Of a DNA stretch of 64,000 nucleotides, positions 26,221-38,773 are shown one piece after another. Each line of letters begins with the position of its first letter. Positions within the stretch are counted from its first letter, which is position 1. The translations under genes and the position numbers were made by a program. The stretch is from Mobula hypostoma. Taxonomy: Eukaryota. The stretch lies in NCBI RefSeq assembly GCF_963921235.1, contig NC_086097.1, forward strand, positions 40,612,001 through 40,676,000, given 5' to 3'. Under the pieces are notes generated by a model. That model saw only the letters and a program-made list of their open reading frames with translations. It did no database searches and was not told the origin of the DNA.

Positions 26221-27217
26221 CTTCTTCTCTTCATATATGTAGGAATATCCACTTATTTCAGAAATTAGTCTGAGTTGGGATTCACTGATAAACAGCAGAT
26301 TAAACTTTCTATAGGATTGTTGGTGATGTTTTGTTCGACATGGGAAAACATCCTGTCCTGCTTCAGATGAGCATTATTGAGGATCATAGTAGGTCACATT
26401 GGATATGATTGAAAACATAGAGTGGGGAAAACATTGATTTCTGAGGTTCATTATTCCAGAGAAGATTAGAATGATTTGAAAAGAAAAGATTTTGTTGCTT
26501 AATCTGGTGCTAAGTAGATCAACAATCAACATGAGTGATGGGAGCTGATTACAACAGCAGTGGCATTTTCTCTGTGCAGAAGTCCATGCACTTAGCACAG
26601 GATCCTGAGATACAGCTGATTTGTGAAAGAAATCGATCCATAGAAAAGTAAAAAGAATTTTTCCAGCAATTTCTTGGTTGAACAGAATCACAGGAGTGTG
26701 CAAGTGCAGGTATTGTTCCTTTGGTTCTGCTAGTCTCATCCCTGAAACACTTGTGATTGAAAATAAACCTAAGAACTGAAGATAAATACACTTCCTCTGT
26801 ATTTTAGTATAAAGACAAAGAATTGAGAATATCACATGGAGACATGAGTCTGAAGATGCTGGGATTTTGGCAACACTCAAGATGATTGAGGAACTCAGTC
26901 AGTCAGGGATGTGATGCCTGATTATTCAGTTACTCCAGCATCTTGCTGTTGTCCCACAAATACAACATCTATATTGGGATCTTTTCCAGAATAAATTAAT
27001 AGATGCATACTTGCCCTGCCCACTAGAGGGGGCAGATATAAATGCTTAAAGAAAGGACACATCACTTAGCAACATACATGCAAAGCTGCTATTCTTTTTG
27101 CTGTGTACGAAATGAAAGAGAAGTATGTAGTGTGTACAAAAAATGAACAACTACCTGACCTCTACCCTACAAAGTGGTAACAAAAATAATGCATTTAAGT
27201 ATCATTCAAACATTAGT

Positions 27218-27680
27218 TTAAAAGTTCAAAGTAAATTTATTATCAAAGTGTATGTGTGTGTGTATGTATATGTATATACACGCATATATACATACACACA
27301 CACATCCATATATATATGTCTCCATATACAACCCTGAGATTCATTTTCTTGCGGGCATACTCAATAAATCCAATAGCCATAACAGAAGCAATGAAAGACC
27401 ATTAACAGCAGGGCGGACAACCAATGTGCAAAAGACAACAAACTGCAAATACAAAAAGAAAGAAAAGAAGGAATAATAATAAATAAATAAGCAATAAATA
27501 TCGAGAACATGAGAAGAAGAGCCCTTGAAAGTGAACCCTTAGGCTGTGGGAACAGATTAGTGATGGGTCAATTGAAATTGAGTGAAGTTATCTCCTCTGG
27601 TTCAGGAGCTGGAGGGTTGAGGGGTAATAACTTTTCCAGAAACTGGTGGTTTGAGTCCTGAGGCTCCTTGTACCTTCAAT
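27218..27680 (-). mobile_element. Rex/Babar-like 3' UTR fragment containing a TA/TG microsatellite
   Basis: aaagttcaaagtaaatttattatcaaag terminus shared with 63253. Body similar to 63253-63790. Confidence 0.75.
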
Positions 27681-27919
27681 GTGCAAAATATCCTAAATTC
27701 TGTCCAATAATTTGAATTGTCAAGGTAATAGGAGTCCTTGAATAACTAAAGCATGGTGATAATTTGTAGCAGACTTGTGAGGGTTGTTGTGAAATATTCT
27801 GTACGGATTATATCTTCTTTGTGGCATTTTTCTGATTATTGACATCTAGAAAGACATTTGAAGGGAATAGCATAAATAATGTCTGGGGTAAGAGGAACAA
27901 CCAGGAACAACTAACCAAC

Positions 27920-27922
27920 TGT

Positions 27923-27965
<43 letters not shown>
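27920..27965. repeat. (TG)n microsatellite
   Basis: Directly visible, with one interruption. Confidence 0.98.
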
Positions 27966-27967
<2 letters not shown>

Positions 27968-28894
27968 AGAAAATGGGTGTTCATTCCATGGAACTAAATT
28001 TCATAAGCCAAGTTCAATGTAAATTAAGTGCATACAACAGAAGCAGAATATCTAATCTAATGATTCTAAAAAGTTGTGTTTTTGGGAATTAATGCAGCAA
28101 AAGAGTATTTTGGGACTTCCTCATCTGAGAAAATTCAGAATTGCATATTTCATGTTTTATTAATATTGTTAATTATGTTGACATTCCTTGCCCTGTAGAG
28201 CCTTTTAGCTGAACCCAGCATTGAACAGCCTGCATAGCTTGAATTGTGTTACTGAGTTTCTTCTCTTCGAGCTGAAAGATGGATTAATTCTGGTACGATG
28301 TTTTCATGGTGCTGAGAAGCTCCATTTTCTGTCCAGAGGTGGCTATTCATCTTTTCATTCTACATCTGATCCTTCTCACTCAATACCTACAAATGTTGGT
28401 CTGAGTCACTAGCTAGAAGGTGGGAGTGGGATTCTTGACTAATTTGTTTTAATTGTTTCTCTCTAGAGTAGTACAAGAAAACATGAATACCATCTGAGTC
28501 ACAGAATTTTTACATACACCGCCAAACAGCACTTTGACTGATGCTCCTTGAATAGGCTGCAGGGATTCATAAGATTTTCAAGGACATTTAAAAAAAACAA
28601 CTTATAATCATTTATAACAAGGATTTTTCCCCAGTACAAACTTGAATAAAGAATTTTAGAAGATAATAATGTGAGGTCTTGATACATATGTTACTGACAA
28701 TAGATAATGAAACAAGGCCACAACAATAAAATCCTTCCTATACTTAATGTTATTGGTTTAGAGTGGACATGTAACACATTAATTCTTTTTATGTAATACA
28801 TATATTAATGTATGATTCAAAAATCTGCACCATTCAGTACACAGAAGAAAGAAGGCATGGTTATATTTAATGAATATAACCTGAACTGACTGAA

Positions 28895-29160
28895 TACAGT
28901 AGAGTACAGGAATGGGCCCGTCAGCCCACAATGCCTATGCTGACCATGATGCCAATGCAAAAACTAATACCATCTGCTAGCAGGTGGTCTGTATCTGTCC
29001 ATTTGCTGCCTGTTCATGTGTCTAAATGCCTCTTTACTGTTGCTGTTCTATGTGCTTCTAGCACAAGGACTGGCAGTGTGTTCCCAGATACCTGGCACTC
29101 TTAAAAGACTTGCCTTGTGAATTTCCTTTTGAGCTTCACCCTCCCCCCCCCCCCCGACCT
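28895..29160 (-). mobile_element. CR1 3' remnant
   Basis: tacaggaatgggcccgtcagcccacaatg terminus and decayed CR1 3' body. Confidence 0.6.
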
Positions 29161-29859
29161 GTAATGTTGTTAAAGACTGATTAGTAAATTAATGGCCCAG
29201 AATGGGCAGTCTGTAAAACCTTGATAAGAGCCTCCTTTTGTCTGTGCTTGTATAGTTAAACCATACAAGCAAATGCTGAGATCAGTGACTTTCTGTTCCT
29301 TCTCTCGGTTCTATTTACTCTGTAACACAGGGGTTCCCAATCTTTTATGCTGTGGATCAATGCCAGTAAGCAAGGATTCGGGTTTCAAAAAAAAACCATT
29401 GGAAGTATTGAGACTTGTTAAATGAGATTTAAAAGTTTTAACATAATGGGCTAACATGTAATCGCTTTTAAACTTATCTGGCTCATAAAAAGAAACTAAT
29501 TACACTGTTATAGATCATTGTTTCCTTCAGAATAACGCTCACAAATTCTGCAATTTTATTTATTTAGTTCTAGAAAGTTATTTATTATATCTTGAGTTCT
29601 AACCTTGATTAGAATATGTGTACATTTCAAAAAACAACCTGGTGCTCTTCACTTCCTGATTTATGGTGAAAATTCTTCCTTCTGATTATTCTTTCAACCA
29701 CTTGGTCAGTGTCTTGTATTCCCAGGCAGTGCATTATGTTAGGCAGCATGCCATGTTGGAATGGATATCTTTGTCATCATTTGCTAATATCTTTTTCTGT
29801 TAGTTGTCCTTTTGCTGGTAACATTGCTGAATTACCTCCTAGAAGAATAATGGACAGGA

Positions 29860-30560
29860 GATCAAAGTAAAAAGGAAATTTATTATCAAAATACATATAT
29901 TCTTGCTTTTGAGCAACGTTTAATCAACAGTTTGTGGATTGGGCTCTGTAGTTCATGTTATGATGTGCTTCTGGCCACTTTTTTTATTGCTATTTTGAAG
30001 CGACCAATGAGCCGAACTACGGAATATGCCGGAACTCTTTTGGTTTTGTTTTTATATTCTGTGTTTTTCACTCTTTTCTGTTGCCATTTGCACAATTTGT
30101 TTTGTTTTGCGAGTGGTAAGGGGGAAGTTTGACGATTTTCTTTGAATGGGTTACGTAGTTATTTTTGTTTCATGGCTGTCTGTGGGAACATGAATCTCAG
30201 GGTTGTATATTACATCCATTGATAATAAATGTCATTTGAAACTTTGTATTTACTGTGAATCTCAGGTAGTATATCAAAGAAACACACTGGAATCGATGAA
30301 AACCTACAAAGACAGACAAACAACTAATGGGCAAATGATGACAAATTGTGCAAATGCAAAAATAACAAAATAAGAAATAAATAGTATTAATAACATGAGT
30401 TATAAAGTCTTTGAAAGTGAATCCACAAGTTATGAAATCAGTTCTGTGTTGGGGTGAACTTATCCACTCTGATTCAGGAGCTAGATGGTTGAGGGCTAAT
30501 AACTGGTGGTGTGGGACCTAAGGCTCTTGTACTTCCTTCCCTTGTGGCTAGGTGGAAGAA
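29860..30560. mobile_element. Minus-strand Rex-like 3' fragment (29860-29905 and 30250-30560) interrupted by a plus-strand retroposon 3' end (29905-30245)
   Basis: Outer parts resemble 27218-27680. The inner part resembles the 43130-43320 terminus (atggctgtctgtggg..aatctcagggttgta..ataataaa). Confidence 0.6.
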
Positions 30561-32343
30561 TTGAATTGTACCTATTGCGTTAAGTCACATCTTGTCACAT
30601 ATTCACTGTTAAAACTAAGTTTCCTTTTAAAAAGGAGTTTGACTAGTACGTTACCATAAGACCATAAGATATAGGAGTGGATTAAGCTCACTTGGCCCAT
30701 CTCTGGCTCATCCAATTTTCTTTTCAGCACCAATCTCCTACCTCTTCTCTGTACCCCTTCACGCCCTCACAAATCAAGTATCTATCAATCTTTGCCTTAA
30801 ATGTATATAAAGACTTGACCTCCACAACTGCCTGTGGCAAAGAATTCCACAGATTCACCACTGTCTGGCCAAAGAAATTCCTCCTCATCACTGTTCTAAA
30901 AGGATGCCCTTTTATTCTGAGGCTGTGTCCTCTGATCTTAGACTCTCCCACCATAGGAAACTTTCTCTCCACATCCACTCTATCAAGGCTTTTCACCATT
31001 TGATAGGTTTCAGTGAGGTCACCCCTCATTCTTCTGATTTCTGATGAATATAGGCCCAGAGCCATCAAACTCTCTTCCTATGATAAGCTATTCAATCCTG
31101 GAATCATTTGCATGAACCTCCTTTGAACCCTGTCCAGTTTCAGCACATCCTTTCTAAGATAAGGGGCCCAAACCTGCTCACAATACTCCAAGTGAGGCCT
31201 CACCAGTGCTTTATAATATTTCCACATTATACCCTTGCTTTTATATTCTAGTCCTTTTGAAATTAATGTTAACATTGCATTTCCCTTCCTCACCATAGAC
31301 TCAACCAGAAAATTAACCTTTAGGGAATCCTGCACAAGGACTCCAAAGTTCCTTTGCACATCAGTTTGTTTGTATTTTTCTCCATTTAGAAAATAGTCAT
31401 CCCTTTCATTTCTTCTACAAAAGCGTATGACCATACACTTTCTGAAATTGTATTCTATTTGCTATTTCTTTACCCATTCTCCTAATCTGTCTGTCTCTCT
31501 ATAACCTCTCTACTTCCTCAGAACTACCTGCCCCTCTACCTATCTTCATATCATCTGCAAGCTTTGCAACAAAGCCATCAATTGCATAATCCAAATCATT
31601 GATATATATTGTAAAAAGAATTGGTCTCAACACAGACACCTGTGGAACATTACTAGTCACTGGCAGCCAACCAGAAAAGGCTCCCTTCATTCTCATTTTT
31701 TGCCACCTGCCAATCAGCCACTGCTAGTATCTTTCCCGTAATACCATGGGGTTGTAGCTTATTAAGTAGCCTCGTGTGGCACCTTGTCAAAGGCCTTCTG
31801 AAAATCCAAGTACACAACATCAAGCAATTCTCCTTTGTCTACCATGCTTGTTATTTCTTCAAAGATTTCAACAGATTTGTCAGGCAAGATTTTCCTTGAG
31901 AAAACCATACTGACTATGGCCTATTTTATCATATGCCTCCAAGAAACCTGAGACTTCATCCTTAATAATTGCCTCCAACACCTTCCCAACCACTTGGGTC
32001 AGACTAATTGGTCTATAGTTTCCTCCTTCTGCCTCTCTCCCTTCTTGAAGAGTAGAGTGACATTTGCAATGTTTTAGTCTTCCGAAACTATTCCAGAATC
32101 TCGCGATTCTAGAAGGATCATTACTAATGCCTGCACAATCTCTTCAGCCACCTCTTTCAGAATTCTTGGGTGTACACCATCTGGTCCAGGGGACTTATCT
32201 ACCTTCAGAGCTTTCAGTTTCCTGTGAACATTCTCTCTATTTATGGTAACTTCACACACTTCATGACCCCTGACACCTGGAACTTCCACCATACTGCTAG
32301 TGTCTTCCACAGTGAAGATTAATGCAAAATACTTATTCAGTTC

Positions 32344-32483
32344 CAAACAAGAGAAAATTTGCAGATGCTGGAAATCCAAGCAACACACACAAATCAAAAT
32401 GCTGAAAGAACCAAGCAGGCCAGGCAGCATCTGTGGAAAAGAGTACTGTCGACATTTTGGGCTTAGACCCTTCATCAGTACGA
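32344..32483 (-). mobile_element. Short PLE terminal-repeat insert (mutated hammerhead)
   Basis: Reverse complement reads ctgatga agggtctaagccc aaaatgtc gacag. 11-bp TSD ttattcagttc (32333-32343) / ttattcaattc (32484-32494). Confidence 0.88.
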
Positions 32484-33021
32484 TTATTCAATTCAGCTGC
32501 CATTTCGTTATTCCCCATTATGACCTCTCCAGCATTGTTTTCCAGCAGTCCGATATCCACTCTCACCTCCCTGTTACATTTTATGTATCTGAAGTACCTT
32601 TTGGTAACCTCTTTAATATTATTGGCTAGCTTACTTTTCTATTCTGTCTTTACCTTCTTAATGACGTTTTTAGTTGCCTTCTGTTGGTTTCTAAAAGCTT
32701 TCAAATCCTCTAACTTCCCACTCATTTTTGCTCTATTATATGCTCTCTCTTTGGTTCTATGTTGTCTTTGATTTCTCTTGTTAGCAGTGGCTGTCTCATC
32801 TTTCCTTTAGAATACTTCTTCCACTTTGGGATATATATGTCCTATGGCTTCCGAATTGCTTACAGAAATTCCAGCCTTTGCTGCTCTGCCATCATTCCAG
32901 CCAGTGTTCTTTTCCAATGCTAACTCCTCTCATGCCTCTGTAATTCCTTTTACTCCAGTGTAGGACTGATACATCTGACTTTAGCTTCTCCTCCTCACAT
33001 TTCAGGGTGAATTTGATCATA

Positions 33022-34137
33022 CTTTCAACCTCTCACTGCTACATGTGGAAGTTCCCATTTGCTTCAAAAAGGCAACAATTATACCAGTGCCTAAGAAGAA
33101 TAATGTGAGCTGCCTTAATGACTGTCGCCCAGTAGCATCGACAGTGATGAAATACTTGGAGAGGTTGGTCATGACTAGACTGAACTCCTGCCTCAGCAAG
33201 GACCTGGACGCATTGCAATTTGCCTATTGCCACAATAGGTCAACGGCAGATGCAATCTCAATGGCTCTTCATATGGCCTTAGACCATCTGGACAATACAA
33301 ACATCTATGTCAGGATGCCGTTCATCAATTATAGCTCAGCATTTAACACCATCATTCCCATAATCCTGATTGAGAAGTTACAGAACCTGGGCATCTGTAC
33401 CTCCCTCTGCAATTGGATCCTTGACTTCATAACTGGAAGACCATAATCTGTGCGGATTGGTAAAAATATCTCATCCTTAATCAGAAATGGAGAGAGTAAG
33501 CAGTTTCAAGTTCCTGGTCCCAACATATTGATGCAGTTATAAAGAAGGCAAGACAGCTACTATACTTCATTAGGAATCTGAAGAGATTTGGTATGTCAAC
33601 AAATACACTCAAAAATTTCTACAGATGTACTGTGGAGAGTATTCTGACAGGCTATCACTGTCTGGTATAATGGGGTGGAGGGGGACCTACTGCACAGGAC
33701 CAAAAGAAGCTGCAGAGGATTGTAAACTTAGTCAGCTCCATCTTGTGTACTAGCCTACAAAGTACTCAGGACATCTTCAGGGAGTGGTGTCTCAGAAAGG
33801 CAGTGTCCATTATTAAGGACCTCCAGCACCCAGGGCATGCCCTTTCCTCACTGTTACCATCAGGTAGGAGGTACAGAAACCTGAAGGCACACACTCAGTG
33901 ATTCAGGAACAGCTTCTTCCACTCTGCCATCTGATTCCTAAATGGACATTGAACCCGTGAAGGCAACCTCACTTTTATAATATATTATTTTTGTTTTTGC
34001 ATGATTTTTAATCTATTCAATGTATGTATACTGTAATTGATTTACTTATTATTTTTCTTCTATATTATGTATTCATTGAATTGCTGCTGCGAAGTTAAAT
34101 TTCATGACACATGCCGGTGACAATAAATCTGATTCTT
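33022..34137 (+). mobile_element. Rex1/Babar LINE with an internal deletion at about 33478
   Basis: ORF 33045-33446 has [35 protein letters not shown] then gattct tail at 34122-34137. Confidence 0.92.
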
Positions 34138-36934
34138 ATATTATGATCACTTGTCCCATTACGTGTAAAGATGCTGGTGGGGCTGGTGGTATGGTGAAGG
34201 GATATAGTTTTCATATCTTAAGATGCTAAAATCGTTTATATCTGTGCAAATCCCGTTAGATGTGATGATACTGCACGACATAATTTTCAATAATGGACAC
34301 TTTTGTTTGTTTCAGTTATTCGCATCAGCAGTGCCATCATGTACAAAGAACTCCTTCGGTTGCACTTTTGTCTCAACATTAAAGCAGTGATTCCAGTATC
34401 AAATTAATCATTACTTCATAATGCTCCGAAGCTGTCATCTGATGAATATTTGTGTCCCTCAGCTCCATGGCAATCCGCTGCCCGCTGTGTGCTGTCAACA
34501 GCAAATTATATCAAAAATTATGTTGGCACATTTGCAACCTGCCACCAAGCAGGGGATTTGTAGAAAATCACTTTAACTTTAAAAAAAAAATGTTAGGGTG
34601 ACTCTTTCTGCAGCAACTGAGCCACTTAATCATCAACATCACTGATGCAGATACCGGCTGACCTTCTCTCATGCTTTACTGTTGACTAATGCATCAAAGG
34701 CACATTTCTTTAACTTTGCCTCAATTTTTCAAGAGGTATTTACCAGAAGAGTTAACACATAACCTAACCTTTGGCATCCACATTAAATCATGCCCATTAT
34801 TAGATTTAAGACAATTGTGACCTGCAGCTTGAAATACATTGTGAAACTACCTAGCAACAAGTTATTTTAGAGCTCACCTTGTGCAATAAGACAAAAATAG
34901 CAAGAAAATGGATTTGCAATGGATCCTTTGCGTGAGGGGATCAATGTATAATTGAATTTTGTTTTCTACTTGAGAGGATATATTTGGATCACAAGCCAAA
35001 GTGCTGGACTTGCATTGAACCATTTATGCATGAGAACCAAAGTGGACAAGGCAACCAGGGGAAAGCGGACTAAAATGTTCAGCAGTAGATGAGTTGCAGG
35101 CATTGAAAGAGATGAAATAATAGGAAACTTAGAGACAAGGTGGTCTTAACCTTATGTAGTCAAGCAGATCTGAGATACATTATTAAGGATATTGTTAAAG
35201 GGCACTTTGGGGAAATCTGTTGGCACAGTAAACATCTTTCATGAAACAGCAAGTCTGAATGGCATATCAGTGTTTTTTATTTGTTGGTTACTTAGGTAAG
35301 GAGGAATAGTTGGAATAGTACACCTGGGTTTTCAACAAAACTTTTGATAAGGTACCAAATTCATTACTATCAATAATAATGTTGGTCAACTTAGGAAGTA
35401 ATTTTCCACTTGATACCTTATCCTTTCTTACATATTGTAGTTCTTCTATTACCAATGGGTCTATGTCCTGGAACTTTTAAAGTTCTGTGGGAATACTTTC
35501 ATTCGAAGAACTATGCCAGTTGAAGGTGATGGCATAGCACCACTTTCTGAAGGTCAAATGGGGAAGGACAATAAAAAGTGGCTTTGAAGTGAAACTCTGA
35601 TCTCAAAAAAAAAAGAAAATAGGAAGATTTTGCAGTGGTCGTATTTGGTTCAGTACAATGTACACGTGAACTGCCTTGAGATTTACCTCCGAATCAAAAT
35701 CAGATTCTGATTCTCTGAACTGCCTTGAGGGGTACCTATATATATATATATTTCACTCGAGTCCCTCATATTGAAGAGAATGTTTTTTTTCTTTCAACTA
35801 TAGCTTATGTAACCAAGCTTTGAGGAAATATTTTAAGCGGTAGTTGTGCTTTTTGTGGCATTGACTATATTGTAGACTCTTTTGAGGGCTTTGAAAAATG
35901 AACCTGATGGTATCCGAATGACAGAGGTAAATGTCTTCATAATTTCAGCCTCAGGCATTTCTGCATCAGAAAGCATAAAGGTTCTGTAATTTATTCTTGT
36001 TTTTTTGTTTTTTCCATGCCAAAAAGAATGCAGAAGTAATCCCTGCACAAATGAAGGTTTCAATAAATCAAGAAATGTGCGTGAAAAGTACAGTACTTTA
36101 ATGGAATTGCAATTGAATAATCCAGTTTTCACTTTGCAGTGCTAAGCTTCATGGAATGCAAAAAGAGAAAAAGAAAGAAGCATAGCCACGTTACCGTTGT
36201 TCCTATTTTGAAATAATTAATTGATAATATGAGAATTCCCATTTCAGGTTAGTTGTGTTCAGGTGTTTGGGAATTATCTAGCTTGTATAATCAAAAACAA
36301 TACCCAGCTGATCAGCCTGATTTGCTTGTACTATTACTAATATTCCAGTATGAGCTTGGCAATGTGAATTGTATATGCAACAAAAAAGAATCACAGGTAT
36401 GTATACCGTGTCATGGAAATCTGGTCAAAAACTGGATATCCTGCCGTGACATACCTCCAAGACCTTTCCACCAACTGCGGGGTACTTGTCAGGACTGTGA
36501 TGAAATGCCTGCATGAATGCAGCTACACCAAGTCTCAAGCAGCTCAGATTCACCCCAGACTTGGCGGACTGGCAGCCTATTGTCCACCCTGAACATTCAT
36601 CTGCTTCATTACTGGTGCACAGTAACCACATTGTGTACCATTACAAAGTATAGCATAACTACTTACCTACTCTACTACAACAACAACAACACTTCCCATT
36701 CTTAGTCCTCCTCCATTATATAGGGACAGGTCTTCAGATGCACGAGCAATTTGTTGTCTGATCGGGGAAGCAAATTTGTCTTCCTTCGTTGACTCTGGAT
36801 CATGAAGCACCCGCCCCTACAACATTGTGGAAGTCTCTTCACTCTGGGTCTATGTCCTGAAGCACACTCTCCAACAATATTGTGAAAGTCCCTTCACCTG
36901 AAAGGCTGAGGTGATTTTTTCCCATTTTGGGGGC

Positions 36935-37164
36935 TGTGGTAAACCATGTATAGATGTTGTAACTCGGTTACCTGTCTGGACACACACCTCTGCTGACTGC
37001 CCCTGTGGCTCCTCCCACAGAGTCCTGTATAAAGGTGTTCGCCTTGTCCCTCCCCCTCAGTCCGGGGGCAGACACTCACTGTGGAGGTTGTATTGTACAG
37101 TGAATAAAAGCCTTTCAGTATTTTACCAAACCTCAGTCTTTTGGAGTAATTGAAGGTGCTTCGA
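36935..37164 (+). mobile_element. Solo LTR (230 bp) inserted in an L2-like 3' end
   Basis: TG start, 4-bp TSD gggc (36931-36934 / 37165-37168), TATAAA at 37028-37033 and AATAAA at 37103-37108. Confidence 0.75.
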
Positions 37165-38773
37165 GGGCAATAGGTGCTTGCTTTTCCAGCACAGCACAGA
37201 TCCTGAAAAATAGTAAATGATCAGCTTGAAACTTGATTAATGCCAATGCAAGCAGTTTTGCAAAGCATTAAATTTATTTCAAATGCCAATTCAAAGATAG
37301 AAACTTAATTTGTTAGACTGGAATCATGTGATGGGATTTTTATTAAACTGGCTGCAATTTCTCCCAACAATGATGTTGTTTGGTGGAAAAATAAATTGAG
37401 GTTTTTGTATTTTCTGAATTATTTTCCTTCGAAACTGGAGATCAAAAAATCTGGTCTATTGATTTCTTCAGTATGGATGCTGATTTTGATTTTTCTCTTT
37501 TGCACCATTACAGATTATTGCATTGTTATTAACGATTTGCTGGTCTTTAGTATCTGTGTTGTTTAATTCACAGATGTTCCATTCAAGCCAGAATCCTGGC
37601 TCAGTTACTTTTAAGGTCCATGGTTCTACTTCTCATCTTGGCTTTGTACATCAGTTATAGCAGATTAAAAGGATTATTGCCAACCCTGTTTCTTCTTTAA
37701 TGGGTGTATTTCCATTTCTGGGAATGCTTCATTCTCCTTCACTTCCAATGCTTGTACTCCTGTACTTATTTGTTTCTATAATGTTTCTTTTCTTTGATGT
37801 CGAACATATTTTTGTACCTTACTACAACCCAAGTAAAGAATGTCCTGACTGAGCAAAAAATGAGGTCATTGATAAAGGTGTTGGCTAGAATGTTGATTTA
37901 GATGTGTAAGCCATGGCATTTGGGAAGGTGAATAATAGCTGGGTGATCCGTTGAGCCTATACCCACTCTGCATCTAAAATGGGTCTGCGCAATAGATATG
38001 CCATCCTCCTCAGCACTCCCATTTTTGAACAATGTTCAGGGAATTGAACAGCCTTAATCCCAGGAATGATCGTCAACAGACCTTGAAAGTAGTTGAGCCA
38101 GATTTTAGCTTGAATGGAGGATATATGGATGAAGCAACACAATGTGATCTTTTCAGCTAAGTTCTAGACTGCAACCCTGTATGATAAATTGCAACTAATG
38201 TGTGTATCCTTCCAACATGCCCCAATCACCTGATCTGCTGACCCTGACCACTGCCTGCATCTCTATTTTCCACCTTCCTTATCTCTACATTATTTCTCCA
38301 CTCTATCATTTCAAGCCCTGACTTTCTGCATGGTTTCAAAGCTCTCTCTTCCTCCAGCATCACCTTCCCTTTAACCCTATCTCTGCCATTCTCCCCACAG
38401 CTTCATTAGTCCTGTAACTGCCCACCATCCTCTGCCCAATGTTGAAAGATGCCCGTTTAGGGTGGGCTAAATATTCTAGGCCAGGGTACTAGGAGAAGGA
38501 TGTGAAATTGGTCATAGTCCTAACGCCTTGCAATCAGTGCAAGATATCCATATTTGCTAAGATGAAGCTGGATGGGAGTGAGACTCTATTTGAGGCAAAA
38601 TCCCAATGAATATCCTTTGTACCCTTTCCAGTACAATCACCAACTTCCAATAGTGTGCTAGCCAGAACTTCGCACAATATTCCAGCTGTAGCCACTCTGA
38701 TATTTTTTGATTACAATGTAATTTATTTGCTCTTGCATTTTATATCCTGCCTAATGAAGGCAAGTACTGTAAC

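Larger units (their letters stand above)
30655..34152 (-). mobile_element. CR1 LINE, decayed, hosting PLE and Rex1 insertions
   Basis: ORFs with LVRPHLEYCEQVWAP, VPQ.SVL.P.LF..YINDLD..ADD and DKSPGPDGVHPR. (CTTATGGT)n tail at the left end. The host gatcat|attatgatcac rejoins across the Rex1 insert. Confidence 0.92.

Noticed and set aside
26374..26880. 168-aa minus-strand ORF
   Set aside because: No recognisable domain, it starts in a PLE relic, and there is no splice support.
29657..29666. Hox/Pbx-type TGATTTATGG word
   Set aside because: An isolated 10-mer with no supporting context.
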